In this document: positions 26,825-38,565 of the stretch, piece by piece
Layout: each line of letters opens with the position of its first letter
Position numbering within the stretch: the first letter of the stretch is position 1
From: Octopus bimaculoides
Lineage: Eukaryota
Length of the DNA stretch: 54,067 nucleotides
Assembly: GCF_001194135.2 (NCBI RefSeq)
Contig: NC_068996.1
Location: 48,559,716-48,613,782, forward strand
Reading direction: 5' to 3'
Position numbers and translations under genes: made by a program
The notes under the pieces: model-generated
The model's database searches: none
The model's input: only the letters and a program-made list of their open reading frames with translations
Told to the model about the DNA's origin: nothing

Positions 26825-26907
26825 CAAATGCATGCCAAATACATTGATAGCTGCTGAAGCTTCTCGCATTTCTTTCTCTGACAAAGGTTCGATATCATCT
26901 TTGCTTT
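26825..26907 (-). CDS. CEP104: CEP104 internal exon (83 nt, phase 1->0): ESKDDIEPLSEKEMREASAAINVFGMHL
   Basis: Acceptor atactttag, donor ttg|GTAAAT. Resembles human EPEPLTEKALREASSAIDVLGETL (start of the TOG region). Confidence 0.92.
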
Positions 26908-27165
26908 CTAAAGTATATTACAACCAACAGAAAAAAATTTATTAAAAGCTCAAAAAAAAAAAAAAAAAAANNNNNNNNNNCAAAAATCTTCAGAAATTAA
27001 ATATAACAAAAAAAAAAAGAACAGTTAAAGTAAAGGTTTGGAAAATCAAAAAGGAGATTAAAATTTATGAATGACTGCCACTTTTATAGAATATAATTCA
27101 TTCCTATCTACAACCCTACTCCCTTCATTCCTTCACACCCCAAATTCATTAAGGATTCTATACTT

Positions 27166-27327
27166 AGCGCATGCATGGCTGTGTGGTAAGAAGCTTGCTT
27201 CCCAACCACATGGTTCTGAGTTCAGTTCTACTGTGTAGCACATTGGGCAAGTTTCTTCAACTATAGCCTCGGGCTGACCAAAGCCTTGTGAGTGGATTTG
27301 GTAGACAGAAACTGAAAGAAGCCCATC

Positions 27328-27360
<33 letters not shown>

Positions 27361-27372
27361 TATTTGTTTGTG

Positions 27373-27407
<35 letters not shown>

Positions 27408-27615
27408 TTGTCCTGTCTCCCCACTGCTTCACAATCAATGTCGGTGTGTTTACATCCCTGTCACTTAGTGATTCGGCAAAAAAGACTGATGGAATAAGTA
27501 CCAGGCTTAAAAAAAAAACCCCACAAAACAAAGCTTTAGGGTCGATTTGTTCATTTAAAAACCATCAAGGTGGTGCCCCAGCATGGCCACAGTCAACTGG
27601 CTAAAACAAGTAAAA
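27166..27615 (+). mobile_element. SINE family B with an internal (TG)n microsatellite
   Basis: Head ggctgtgtggtaagaagcttgcttcccaaccacatggttc; 3' ggtgccccagcatggccacagtcaa...aaacaagtaaaa. Confidence 0.88.
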
Positions 27616-27888
27616 AATAACAAATAATACTGAAATCAATTTTTGTAAACAAAAATTGACACAGGTTTGGGTGTGAGGTTAAGAAGCTAGCTTTGCAACT
27701 ATTTCTTGGTTCTTTGGGTTCAGTCCCATTCCATGACACCTTAGACAAGTGTCTTCATCAACTATGGCCCTGGGAGGGTCGACCAATGCCTTGTGAGAGA
27801 GAAGTTATTATTACATGTTCCTGAATTAACATGTAAAGTAGCTGTGTAATTTGAAGAATGAATTGTAGTTATTTCAAATAAGAATGTC

Positions 27889-28104
27889 GTTCTTTTCCAC
27901 TCTCGGCACAATGCCCGAAATTTTTGGGGAGGGCTCAGTCGATTAGATCGACCCCAGTATGCAACTGGTATTTAATTTATCGACCATGAAAGGATGAAAG
28001 GCAGAGTCAACCTTGGCAGAATTTGAACTCAGAACGTAAGGACAGATGAAATACCGCTAAGCATTTCGTCCAACGTGCTAACGTTTCTGCCAGCTCAACG
28101 CCTT
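27889..28104 (-). mobile_element. SINE family A; partial copies at about 6625-6720 (-), 13420-13530 (-) and 33405-33575 (+)
   Basis: Reverse complement of the 2500 copy; 12-bp TSD aataagaat(g/a)tc. Confidence 0.88.
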
Positions 28105-28311
28105 AATAAGAATATCATTCAAAGTACTAACGAGAGAACCTTACACGTCATGACTAGAAACTCAGGGTAGGCACTAGGCATTGATAAAATAAATTGTTCA
28201 ACAAAAGGCCTTGTCACTATTAGATGATATGCAAAAAAAAAAAAAAAATTTGACAACATAAAAGATATTTTCTTACAAACGTGTATGAATGTGTGAGTGT
28301 GTTTTAACTTT

Positions 28312-28506
28312 TATCTTTTACTTGTTTCAGTCATGTGACTGCAGCCATGCTGGAGCACCACCTTGAAATTTTTGTCGAACACATTGATCACTACTTATTT
28401 CTGGTAGAATGAGCCTGGTAGTCATTCTACCATCTTCTTCTGCCAAACCACAAAGCTATGGGGACATAAACACACCAACATCGGTTGAAAAACACAAACA
28501 CACGCA

Positions 28507-28541
<35 letters not shown>

Positions 28542-28698
28542 ATATGGCGAGCTTCTTTCAGCTTCCATCTACCAAATTCACTCATAGGGATTTGATCAGC
28601 CCAGGCTATAGTAGAAGACATTTGACCAAGATGTCATGCAGTGGGACTGAACCTGGGACTATGTGGTTGGGAAGCAAGCTTCTTACCACACAGCCACA
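28312..28698 (-). mobile_element. SINE family B; others at about 22797-22988 (+), 29030-29225 (-), 44255-44650 (-), 45720-45870 (-), 46230-46420 (-), 52390-52775 (-) and 53816-54025 (-)
   Basis: Recurrent cttgtttcagtcat..gactg..gccatgctgg 3' end and ccaaatccactcacaaggc 5' part. Confidence 0.85.
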
Positions 28699-29452
28699 CC
28701 AAGATAATTATCTTCTTTTCATCAAAATATTTTTAAATATCATCTCATAATGACAAGGCCGTTTGTTGACAATATACATTAATGCCTACTGCCTATCCTG
28801 AGGATTCGATACAGACCTGAGGCTTGTACCTGAGGTTTGATTTCCAAGTTATTTCTGATCAAACAGAACTATAATCAAAGGCATTCCACGAATGACTGTC
28901 CTGCCTCATTTTCAGACTAATTATAATCACATATTATTCAATATTTGAGAAAGATTTGGCTGCTATTTCTAGTCAGTTGTGTTACCACATAGAAATCCTC
29001 ACATTGATTTAGATTTACCATCTGTTTTTCTTTCATCTTTTACATGCTTCAGTCATTGGACTGTGGCCATGCTGGAGCACCAGCTTCAAGAACTACCTCA
29101 TCACTTTTTTTAAAGCCTGATAGTTATTCTATTGATTGCCTTTTGCCAAAACAATAAGCTACGGGGACATAAGCAAACCAACACTGGTTGACAAGGGGTG
29201 GAGTGGTACAAACACACCACAAAGATACACACATAGGTATACACACACACACACACACATAGGTATACACACACACACACACATAGGTATACACACANNN
29301 NNNNNNNTACACACATAGGTATACACACACACACACACACATAGGTATACACACACACACACACATGCACATATATAAATATAAAATATAAATATTATTA
29401 CAATACAATAATTTTATTTTCCAGTGAAATAAAGCACTGTGAAGGTAGAATT

Positions 29453-29757
29453 ATAAATAGGAAATAGCGGCACAACAAGACACCAATTTTCGCTGGAAAT
29501 AGCAGTCAATAACCTAGCCAACAAGGACCAATCAGTTTTATGATAACAAACATATTCTGAAAAGTCCAAAACTCGTACTCGTACAGTACTAGGTTGTCCA
29601 TTTCTCTGACATTCTTCCTAGATGTAAGATGAAAATTTTTTATATTTGTCGCCTGCACACATCTTTGTTTCTATATATTCAGGGAAGATTTACCTAGTGT
29701 CGAACGGTTTTGACTGCTATTTTCAGCAACAATTGGTACCTTGTTGTGCCACTATTT

Positions 29758-29766
<9 letters not shown>
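29453..29766. repeat. Inverted-repeat element with arms of about 62 bp next to a (TA)n tract
   Basis: ataggaaatagcggcacaacaag...gcagtca is mirrored by tgactgc...cttgttgtgccactatttcctat. Confidence 0.8.
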
Positions 29767-29850
<84 letters not shown>

Positions 29851-29980
29851 GGAGGGAGTGATAAATTGAATATTAATTCAATTTAAAACCAAGTGAAAAT
29901 TCAGAAAAATTGTATTACATTATATATGTGTATACATATACACACACACACACACACATATGTATGTGTGTGTGTGTGTA

Positions 29981-30119
29981 TGAGAAGGGATGACCACTAA
30001 GTGGACATCCTATATACTAGAAAGAGGTCATCAATGACCATCATCTTTTCTTTGTGGTTGGGTCATTGATGACCTCTTTCTAGCATATAGGATGTCCACT
30101 TAGTGGTCATCCCTTCTCA
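29981..30119. repeat. Near-perfect hairpin with 59-bp arms and a 21-nt loop; internally deleted relative of 35130-35622
   Basis: tgagaagggatgaccactaagtggacatcc...aatgacc pairs with ggtcatt...ggatgtccacttagtggtcatcccttctca. Confidence 0.9.
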
Positions 30120-30129
30120 CACACACACA

Positions 30130-30600
30130 CATATATACTTCTCTCACACGCTTACTACCTGATCTATTCCTTTAATCTGAATGCATCAATCAAAACACTG
30201 CCTGGATTTACCTGAGATTATACTTAAGGGATTATACCTGGAACTCCATACAAGATGAACTGTGAACTTTATTCTTCTCTCTACTCTTTTATTCTTCTAT
30301 ATTCTATGAATTCTCTGTCTGGAACTTTGCTACATACACACCTTGTCTCTGATGACAGTGTATGGGGATGTTGACCCATCACCTGCGATATCCCAGTAAC
30401 AGCTGTAAGACATTAATTACTTCTACTTCTCCATTTTTGATACACCTTACTCTAATTAGAGATCTTAAATGACCTAAGATACTTTGTTCTGTCTTGGTTT
30501 TGTTTTCTTTTTCCTTTAATAAATACCTGCCTAATATGGAGCCCTAATATGGATCCCTAGCTCCAGCCTCAGCTATGAACTTGGAACCTAATGGATGACC
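30130..30600 (+). mobile_element. PLE terminal-repeat-like remnant with a degenerate hammerhead at 30345-30411
   Basis: GTCT CTGATGA ... GTAAC AGCT GTA AGAC. Palindromic stem III ACAGCTGT; GAAA is mutated to GTAA. Confidence 0.45.
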
Positions 30601-31011
30601 AATCATAGCAATTACGCAATGTACTTATTCGTTTAGATCACCAGTGAACTAAACCCCTAATATTCTTTCTATATATGACAGGATTCTTTCAGTTTTAGTC
30701 AACCAAATCACTGTCTAGGCTTTTGTCAGCTCAAGGCTATAGGAGATGCCACATAGTGGGCTGGGTTGAACCTGCAGCCATACGGTTGAGAAGCAAAATT
30801 CTTACCACCATGCATTTATATAAGAAGATTAATTCAATGAAGTACAAATACTGCACTCTGTACTGGATCAAAAGTATTTAATAGTAGAATCCAAGAATAA
30901 GAGAATGTCTCTCTTACACATTATTCTCTCCAAATAAGAAAAAATCTGCCACCAATTCACATTAGTCCTACGTCAGTTCTGCTTCTATTCTTTGATTTTA
31001 TTAATCTGCCT

Positions 31012-31751
31012 CAGCGGTTCTCAACCATTTTCTATCTATGGACCCCTTTGATTACTATTTTATTCTGGTGGACCCCTATAGCCAATTCTATGTTCAAAAA
31101 CTAGTTTTATAGAAACTTCTTTCAAAATCCCTATTTTGTTTTTCTCACACATTAACTTTTGTAGGTTGAACAATGTAAAATGTTAGAGAAAGAGACCTAG
31201 CTGTTTCTTGCAATATATACATCTAAAGCAGGGGTTCCCAACCATTTTTTAAAACTATGAACTACTTTGATTACTATTTTATTCTGGTAGACCTCCATAG
31301 CCATTCAATGCTTAAAAACTAGTTTTATAGATACTCCTTTTTAAATTCCTATTTTGTTTTTCTCACACATTAACTTGTGAAGGTTTATAATAGCACACTC
31401 CAAGAGAACATGGCCAGAAACACGTAAAACATACACCAATAGTAGATAGATGCAGAGAAAGACACATAGATAGATAAACAGTTATAAATAGACAGGTAGA
31501 AATATAATGTTGTGCTATATACAATCACATAAGCAGTTGGCTAAGTAGTGTAGATTATATCTGTTCTTTAGATTATACAAGGATACATTTCACAAGTCTG
31601 TCACGTTGAAACAAACCTGTATCTTGTAATAAATAAATCTAAAGCAGAATTTATTCATGGACCCTAAAAATATTACTGTGAATCCCCAAATTACTATTTT
31701 GCTAATGTGAACCTCCAGAAATTTCATATAGACCTCGGTTGAGAACCACTG
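31012..31751. mobile_element. hAT/Charlie-like MITE with a duplicated left end
   Basis: TIRs CAGCGGTTCTCAACC / GGTTGAGAACCACTG. A second left TIR, CAGGGGTTCCCAACC, at 31229 is followed by a copy of about the first 150 bp. Confidence 0.8.
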
Positions 31752-31900
31752 ATCTTATCCCAACAGCCTTGAAATTCAGAAAGAATAACCTGAAAGTTTG
31801 CAAAGGCATTTAATCTCCATCAAGCACAACAATCCTTTCTCTTAAATACTTGAAGTTAGCATCAATAGTAAATATCATTAATTAGCTTGAAGTTCTTCAC

Positions 31901-31983
31901 CTGTAGGAACTTTGACATCTTCGGGTTCTTGATCATTGAAATCATCAGGCTTTTCTTCCACTGGCTTATAAATTGGTTTTGAT
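31901..31983 (-). CDS. CEP104: CEP104 internal exon (83 nt, phase 2->1): SKPIYKPVEEKPDDFNDQEPEDVKVPT
   Basis: Acceptor cactatcattacag, donor cag|GTGAAG. Open in the frame required by both neighbours. Low-conservation linker. Confidence 0.8.
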
Positions 31984-33969
31984 CTGTAATGATAGTGTTT
32001 AGTGTTTGAATAGAAGAGATGTGCGGTTGCATTCCTCACTTGCAAAACGCTAAGTTAACGCTTAACATTCTTCAGAATCACGCTCAAATTTGTTTGTTCA
32101 TCCAAAAACCAATAATGACTTTCTGTGTACACTCACCAGCCATGCTTCATTACCAAATGCCATTGAACTTTACACACGGGTCTCTGATAGCCTGCCATTT
32201 TACTGCGAACATATATGTCAGACATGTATAAATGTCTCCATGTATTTATGTATGTGTGTTTGTACATGTGTGTGTGTGTGTGCATGCATATATATGTGAA
32301 TGTGTTTGCATGTGAGCATATCTGTGTATGTATGTGTGTGTATGTGTGTATATGCATGAGTATATATGTGTATGTATGTGAGCATGAGCATACTTGAGTA
32401 TTTCTGTGTATTGAATGTTTCTGTGTGTGTGTGTGTGTGTGTTTGTGTGTTTGTGCATGTGCATGTGTGTGTGTGTGTGTGTGTTTGTGCATGTGCATGT
32501 GTGTGTGTGTGTTTGTGCATNNNNNNNNNNNNNNNNNNNNNNNNNNNNNNNNNNNNNNNNNNNNNNNNNNNNNNNNNNNNNNNNNNNNNNNNNNNNNNNN
32601 NNNNNNNNNNNNNNNNNNNNNNNNNNNNNNNNNNNNNNNNNNNNNNNNNNNNNNNNNNNNNNNNNNNNNNNNNNNNNNNNNNNNNNNNNNNNNNNNNNNN
32701 NNNNNNNNNNNNNNNNNNNNNNNNNNNNNNNNNNNNNNNNNNNNNNNNNNNNNNNNNNNNNNNNNNNNNNNNNNNNNNNNNNNNNNNNNNNNNNNNNNNN
32801 NNNNNNNNNNNNNNNNNNNNNNNNNNNNNNNNNNNNNNNNNNNNNNNNNNNNNNNNNNNNNNNNNNNNNNNNNNNNNNNNNNNNNNNNNNNNNNNNNNNN
32901 NNNNNNNNNNNNNNNNNNNNNNNNNNNNNNNNNNNNNNNNNNNNNNNNNNNNNNNNNNNNNNNNNNNNNNNNNNNNNNNNNNNNNNNNNNNNNNNNNNNN
33001 NNNNNNNNNNNNNNNNNNNNNAATAACAAGAATTACACCATGAAAGCAGCATTTATACAAGGAGAAACGGCAATGCAGTAAAAAAAAAAAAAAAATTCCA
33101 TTTAAAAAAAACTTTTAAGCAAACGAAAGCAGAAAACAGATATCTACTTAAATCTTTCATCATCATCATCATCATCAACATCACCACCATCATCATCATC
33201 ATCATCGCCCTCATCATCATCATCGTCGTCGTCATCATCATCATCATCATCATCATAATCGCCCTCATCATCATCATCATCATCATCATCCCCATTTGTC
33301 TGCTTTGGAATGGTTTCTATGGCTGGATGCCTTTCCTAACACCAACCACTTTACAGAGAACACTGGTTGCTTTTTACATGGCACCAGCATCAGCACATTT
33401 TAGCAGTATTCCTTCCATCTCTTTACACTCTGAGTTCAAATTCCACTAAGGTCAGCTTTGCCTTTCATCCTTTCAGAGTCCATAAAATAAGTACCAGTGA
33501 AACACTGGGGTCAATAAAATTGATTAGCCCCCATCCCCCAAGATTTCAAGCCTTGGGCCTATAGTAGAAAGGATTCAATATATATAGAATGCATAAATAC
33601 GAGCTACTGTTAGTTTCATGCTGTGGAAGCACAATATACCATCAGATTTATATATCATGGCTTGTATGTTAAAGGAATCCTTCAGGCCCAAATACACAAC
33701 ATGGCTGGTCTCATTTGAAAAAGCAACAAAGGACACTGGCCTATAAGGAAACATGAAAAAGGATGAGTGGAAGGGGAATATCAAAGTATATGTTTTGTCT
33801 CTGACTAGGTAACAAAGCATCTCCTTTACATCAGCACACCTGTTTCTGTCCTCTTTCTTGTAACCCTCTCTCGCTGTCTTTCACTCACTCTCTCTCTCCC
33901 TCTCTTTCACTCACTCTCTCTCTCCCTCTCTTTCTTAATCTTTCTCTCTCTTTCTCTCACACACACACA

Positions 33970-34515
33970 CTGAGTAACCATGTACCTCTTCTATAGCAAG
34001 ATCTGTTTCTGCCTCTCTATTTCCCAGTCACACTCTAACCGCTCATCATCTGATACCGGATCACCTCCTCCAATGCTCCCTCCATTATAGCAAGACACCT
34101 GTTTCTGTCTCTTTGTCACACTCTAACCTTTCATCCTCTGACACAAGCTCCCCACTCCTCAAATTCCTCCTTCCACTTTCATAATTCCTTGTCTTGCAAG
34201 TTACTTGGTGACCCTACCAGTGCTGGTGCCACATTAAAAGCTTCCAGTCCACACTGTAAAGTGGTTGGTATTTGGAAGAGCATCCATATGTAAAAATTAT
34301 ACCAAAATGAACCTCGTCTGTGCTAGTGCTGCGTAAAAAGCACTCAGTCCACTCTGCTGGATGGTTGGTGTTAGGAAGAGCATCCAGCCATAAAATCCTG
34401 CCAAAACAGACGCAGTAGCCTAGGGTAGCTTTTCTACCTGGCTGGCTCCTATCAGCCATCCTACCCATGCATGTATGGAAGACAGACATATGACGATGAT
34501 GATGACGATGATGAT
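33970..34515 (+). mobile_element. Non-autonomous element with an RTE-type 3' tail; related copies at about 3570-3935 (+) and 45035-45370 (-)
   Basis: Shared body gtaaccatgtacctc...tcttgcaagttacttggtgaccct followed by the RTE tail and (GAT)n. Confidence 0.65.
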
Positions 34516-34554
34516 ATGTATATATATATATATATATATATATCATCATCATCA

Positions 34555-34975
34555 TCATCATCATCGTTTAATGTCCGCTTTCCATGCTAGCATGGGTTGG
34601 ACGATTTAACTGAGGACTGGTGAAACCAGATGGCTACACCAGGCTCCAATCTGATTTGGCAGAGTTTCTACAGCTGGATGCCCTTCCTAATGCCAACCAC
34701 TCAGAGAGTGTAGAGGGTGCTTTTACGTGCCACCGGCACGAAGGCCAGTCAGGCGGTACTGGCAACGGCCACACTCAAAATGGTGCATTTTATGTGCCAC
34801 CCGTACAAGAGCCAGTCCAGGGGTACTGGCAACGATCTCACTCGAAAATCCTACGACGGCCCCGCACAAGAGCCAGTCCAGGGGCACTGGCAACGATCTC
34901 ACTCGAAAATCCTATGACGGCCCCGCACAAGAGCCAGTCCAGGGGCACTGGCAACGATCTCGCTCAAAAAATTTC
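34555..34975 (-). mobile_element. RTE 3' UTR/tail with three 61-bp tandem units
   Basis: (CAT)n then tttaatgtccgctttccatgctagcatggg. acaagagccagtccagggg occurs at 34805, 34866 and 34927. Confidence 0.85.
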
Positions 34976-35129
34976 ATGTGTCACACACACATACATACTC
35001 AAACAACATATATATATATATGGATATTATTTATATAGATAGGGTGAAAAATTGAATATTAATTCGATTTAAAACCAAGTGGCCTAGCATATAAAAAAAT
35101 CTAAAAATTCAGAAAAAATTGTATGTCAC

Positions 35130-35622
35130 ATGTATAAGGGATGACCACTAGGTGGGCATCCAATAGGCTAGAAAGAGGTCATCAACGACCCAACCACAAA
35201 GAAAAATAATGCTCTCCAGAAAAATTTCGCAAAAACACCAGAACAGGACAAAATGAGAAATATACAGAATAAAGAATTATTTGTGTACCGTGGTTTCAAA
35301 CATTAACGTTTTACTTACGTAACAACATCTGTGTTCTCTTGCAAGTCTTATTTCATGAAGACAATTCGTGTATAGTTCTGCAAATTATATTGATTCTAGA
35401 ACGTCTATGCTGAAGAGAACACGGATGATGTTACGTAAGTAAAATGTTAATGTTCAAAACTGCAGTCCATAGATAACTCTTTATTCTGTATATTTCTCAA
35501 TTTGTCCTGTTCTGGTGTTTTTGCGAAATTTTTCTGGAGAACATTATTTTTCTTTGTGGTTGGGTCGTTGATGACCTCTTTCTAGCATATTGGATGTCCA
35601 CCTAGTGGTCATCCCTTATACA
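35130..35622. repeat. Fold-back palindrome with arms of about 210 bp carrying hammerhead motifs
   Basis: tgtataagggatgaccactaggtgg... pairs with ...ccacctagtggtcatcccttataca. Spacer is about 35345-35405. Confidence 0.9.
35405..35472 (+). ncRNA. Type-I hammerhead motif with G12->A in the right arm of a palindrome
   Basis: CTATG CTGAAGA GAACA...TGTTC AAAAC TGCA GTC CATAG. 5-bp stem I, palindromic stem III ACTGCAGT, GUC site. Confidence 0.68.
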
Positions 35623-36438
35623 CGTGTAATATATATATATATATAGATATGTACATATACATTTACACATATATATGCACACATATATAAGTACATACAT
35701 ATATAAACACGCATATATATATAAATTACGACAAACATAAATAAACAAACGAAGTATGCTTTTAGAAGCGTTGAGATGTCTGTTTTAGAAAGTTAAAGAA
35801 GTGATTTTAAATTCTCAATCGCAGAATAATCCTAATAATATAGCCTGAACAGGATAAACTATCCCTATTTTGCANNNNNNNNNNACAGGATAAACTATCC
35901 CTATTTTGCAGAGAAAAGTGTAGGTGGCTAGCTGTGGACTCGAACTCACATCCCCGTCATTACATGTGACGATGCTTATATTTGTATATATACATATATT
36001 TATCATCATCATTAAATATCCACTTTTCCATGCTAGCATGGGTCAATTTGCCGAGGCAGATTTTCCACAACCAGATGCTCTACCTGTGATCAATCAACTC
36101 TCACCTATTTTCCAAGCAAGGTAATATTTCCTGATGGCCTGACATGTTTGTCACAGAAGACTGGGTATGAACAGCATTGTCTGTATGATGGTGATACTTG
36201 TTTACAACCATCACCATGATATCTAGACAAGGGGACACACAAACACATATACACAGACAAACACATACATATGTATATACATTCATTCATACATACACAT
36301 ACATACACACATACATGCTCACCTACCTACCTACCTACCTACCTAAATACATACATGCATACATACATACATACATACATATATACTACATACATACTTA
36401 CATACATACATACACGCATGCATGCATACATACATACA

Positions 36439-36472
<34 letters not shown>

Positions 36473-36592
36473 CATACTATGTTGATGTTAAAATTCCAGT
36501 GATCTAGGTTAGAAATTGGTTCTTTCTCTATTGGCAAGAAATCTTGAAATAAACTAAATAATGACATACATACATACATACATATATACATA

Positions 36593-36839
36593 CAGTTGTG
36601 GCCAAAAGTTTGGAACATATTTCCGTATACATGATGTCCTAGCTTCTATTTATTAAAAGCAAGCAATTCGGTCTAGAACTAAATTTTTGATTTTGCTTAT
36701 TTTGTCTTCTAGATATTGAACCATTGGACCACTTCTTAAGGTAAGTATATCCCTACATTGTATATATTTGAATCGAATTATACTTGGGTGTAACAACTTT
36801 AATTTTTTTAAAAATCTTCAAAACTTTTGGCCACAACTG
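36593..36839. mobile_element. Tc1-like MITE (247 bp)
   Basis: Perfect TIRs CAGTTGTGGCCAAAAGTTT / AAACTTTTGGCCACAACTG; TA TSD on both sides. Confidence 0.9.
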
Positions 36840-36960
36840 TACATACAAACACATATACCTACCTATATACATACATATATATACAAACACACATACACAC
36901 ACACACATATTGTAGCATTTAAACATTTGAAATGAAATGAATAATACTCATGTTGTTTAC

Positions 36961-37144
36961 TTCTTTGTCACTGGAAGTGGCCTTTCGTCATATTCAGAAT
37001 GAGGAGGGGGAAGAGGAGGAGGTCTTTCGTCATAATCTGAACGAGGAGACGGTGGAGGTGGAGGTCTTTGAGATGAAACCATACCCTGTTCTGTTGTATC
37101 AATTTTCAGAGGAGAAAGAATCGGTTCGGTTTCTTTAAACAGTT
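36961..37144 (-). CDS. CEP104: CEP104 internal exon (184 nt, phase 1->2): ELFKETEPILSPLKIDTTEQGMVSSQRPPPPPSPRSDYDERPPPLPPPHSEYDERPLPVTKK
   Basis: Acceptor ccttgtctttctaatctaattttcag with a ctaat branch-like motif, donor GTAAAC. Contains YDERPLP as in human CEP104 YDERPLPAIRK. Confidence 0.88.
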
Positions 37145-37222
37145 CTGAAAATTAGATTAGAAAGACAAGGAATTAATTACCATCTTTTTGCTTTCTTTGT
37201 TATCGTTTAAAGAAATATTTAA

Positions 37223-37586
37223 CCATTCTCACACCAACTCCCACCTCAAGTTCTATGAGACAAATTCCTTGTTTTAAAGAGATCAAATTAAAACCTTCTT
37301 CCATCGAAATTTCTTGTTAGTTTGTGCTTTGAACACCTGCTTAGCAATAATAAAGCTATTTCACTAAATTCTTCATTATTTTCAAAATCAATTGTAACAA
37401 AGCAACTGATAAATGGTCGCAAAAAAAATTAAATGATTTAAATCAAAATCTTCCATCAAAATTTTGTGTTAATTTATGTTCCAAACACCTATTTAATGAT
37501 GACAAAGTTATTTTATAAAATTCTCCACCATTTTCCCAATTCATTAAAATAGAATGAATTTCAACAGAAATATGGTTACAAAAGGA
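37223..37586. mobile_element. Possible piggyBac-like MITE
   Basis: TTAA at both ends; degenerate CC(a/t)TT...ACC / GGTTACAAAAGG termini. Confidence 0.35.
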
Positions 37587-37609
37587 TTAACCATTTTGAC
37601 CCCTACCTG

Positions 37610-38140
37610 CCAGAAACTGACGACCATGAATATTAAGAAACATATTCTTGAGACAGTGTAGGAGGTAGATACTAATGAGATCAGTGACCTGGACCAAGTT
37701 GCTAGATCCTATGGCAATATCAAAATTATTAGGGGTGTCACATCTCATCCACGCTTTACCCTCAAAGTCAATAAGTGTTCTTAACTAATAAGACTTAATC
37801 AATTTTATCTCTAGAAAAATTCCTAGCAAGAGTTAAAGTTTTATAAAGAAGTATGGGGGATATGCTAGAATAATTTGCATTAAAATTGAATTGTAGAAAG
37901 GAGTACTTGCATTTATGATCTAAAGAGGTAAACCACTGTATGACCTCACCTGTATTTGACCATAAATTAAAGGGTATAGTAGGAATCAGATAAGGTATAA
38001 TTCTATCTAGTATAGCTTTACTTAAATGACTGATGTGTACTCTAATAGAGCATATGAGTCAAAATTCGGTTTGTGGTCCTTTAAGTATATTCTCAGTTCA
38101 CAAGGCTTAACTGGTTCAGTCTGGTCCAACAGTTTTAGTT
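37610..38140 (-). mobile_element. Decayed Penelope-like RT fragment from a second family
   Basis: Minus strand translates SKAILDRII...NLWSNTGEVIQWF...FLQFNFNANYSSIS and FDIAIGSSNLVQVTDLISIYLL, resembling PLE RT motifs. Confidence 0.55.
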
Positions 38141-38369
38141 TATCTATAATTTTATGTCTCAGAGTTAATTTTATTGAGGTTGGATTTATTAGTGGCACAA
38201 ACTGATGATTTTTGGAATGTTTTTTTAAATGTGTAATTCATGTATATTCACCTCATGGAAAGGTTTTTTTTTACGCATGATGTAATATCTCTATTCATCA
38301 ATAAAAAAACTTGTTGGAAACAGCTGTAGTGAATGAACTGCTATCCATCTGCTGTTAATTATTTATTCT

Positions 38370-38565
38370 GGCCCTCGTGCCAGTAGCACGTAAAAAGCAA
38401 TCACTACACTCTCGGAGTGGTTGGCGTTAGGAAGGGCATCCAGCTGTAGAAACTCTGCCAAATCAGATTGGAGCCTGGTGTCGCCTCCTGGTCCACCAAT
38501 CCTCAGTCAAATCGTCCAACCCATGATAGCATGGAAAGCAGACGTTAAACGATGACGACGATGAG
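38370..38565 (+). mobile_element. RTE 3' tail fragment
   Basis: gtggttggcgttaggaagggcatccagctgtagaaactctgccaaatcagattggagcc...gacgttaaacgatg. Confidence 0.85.
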
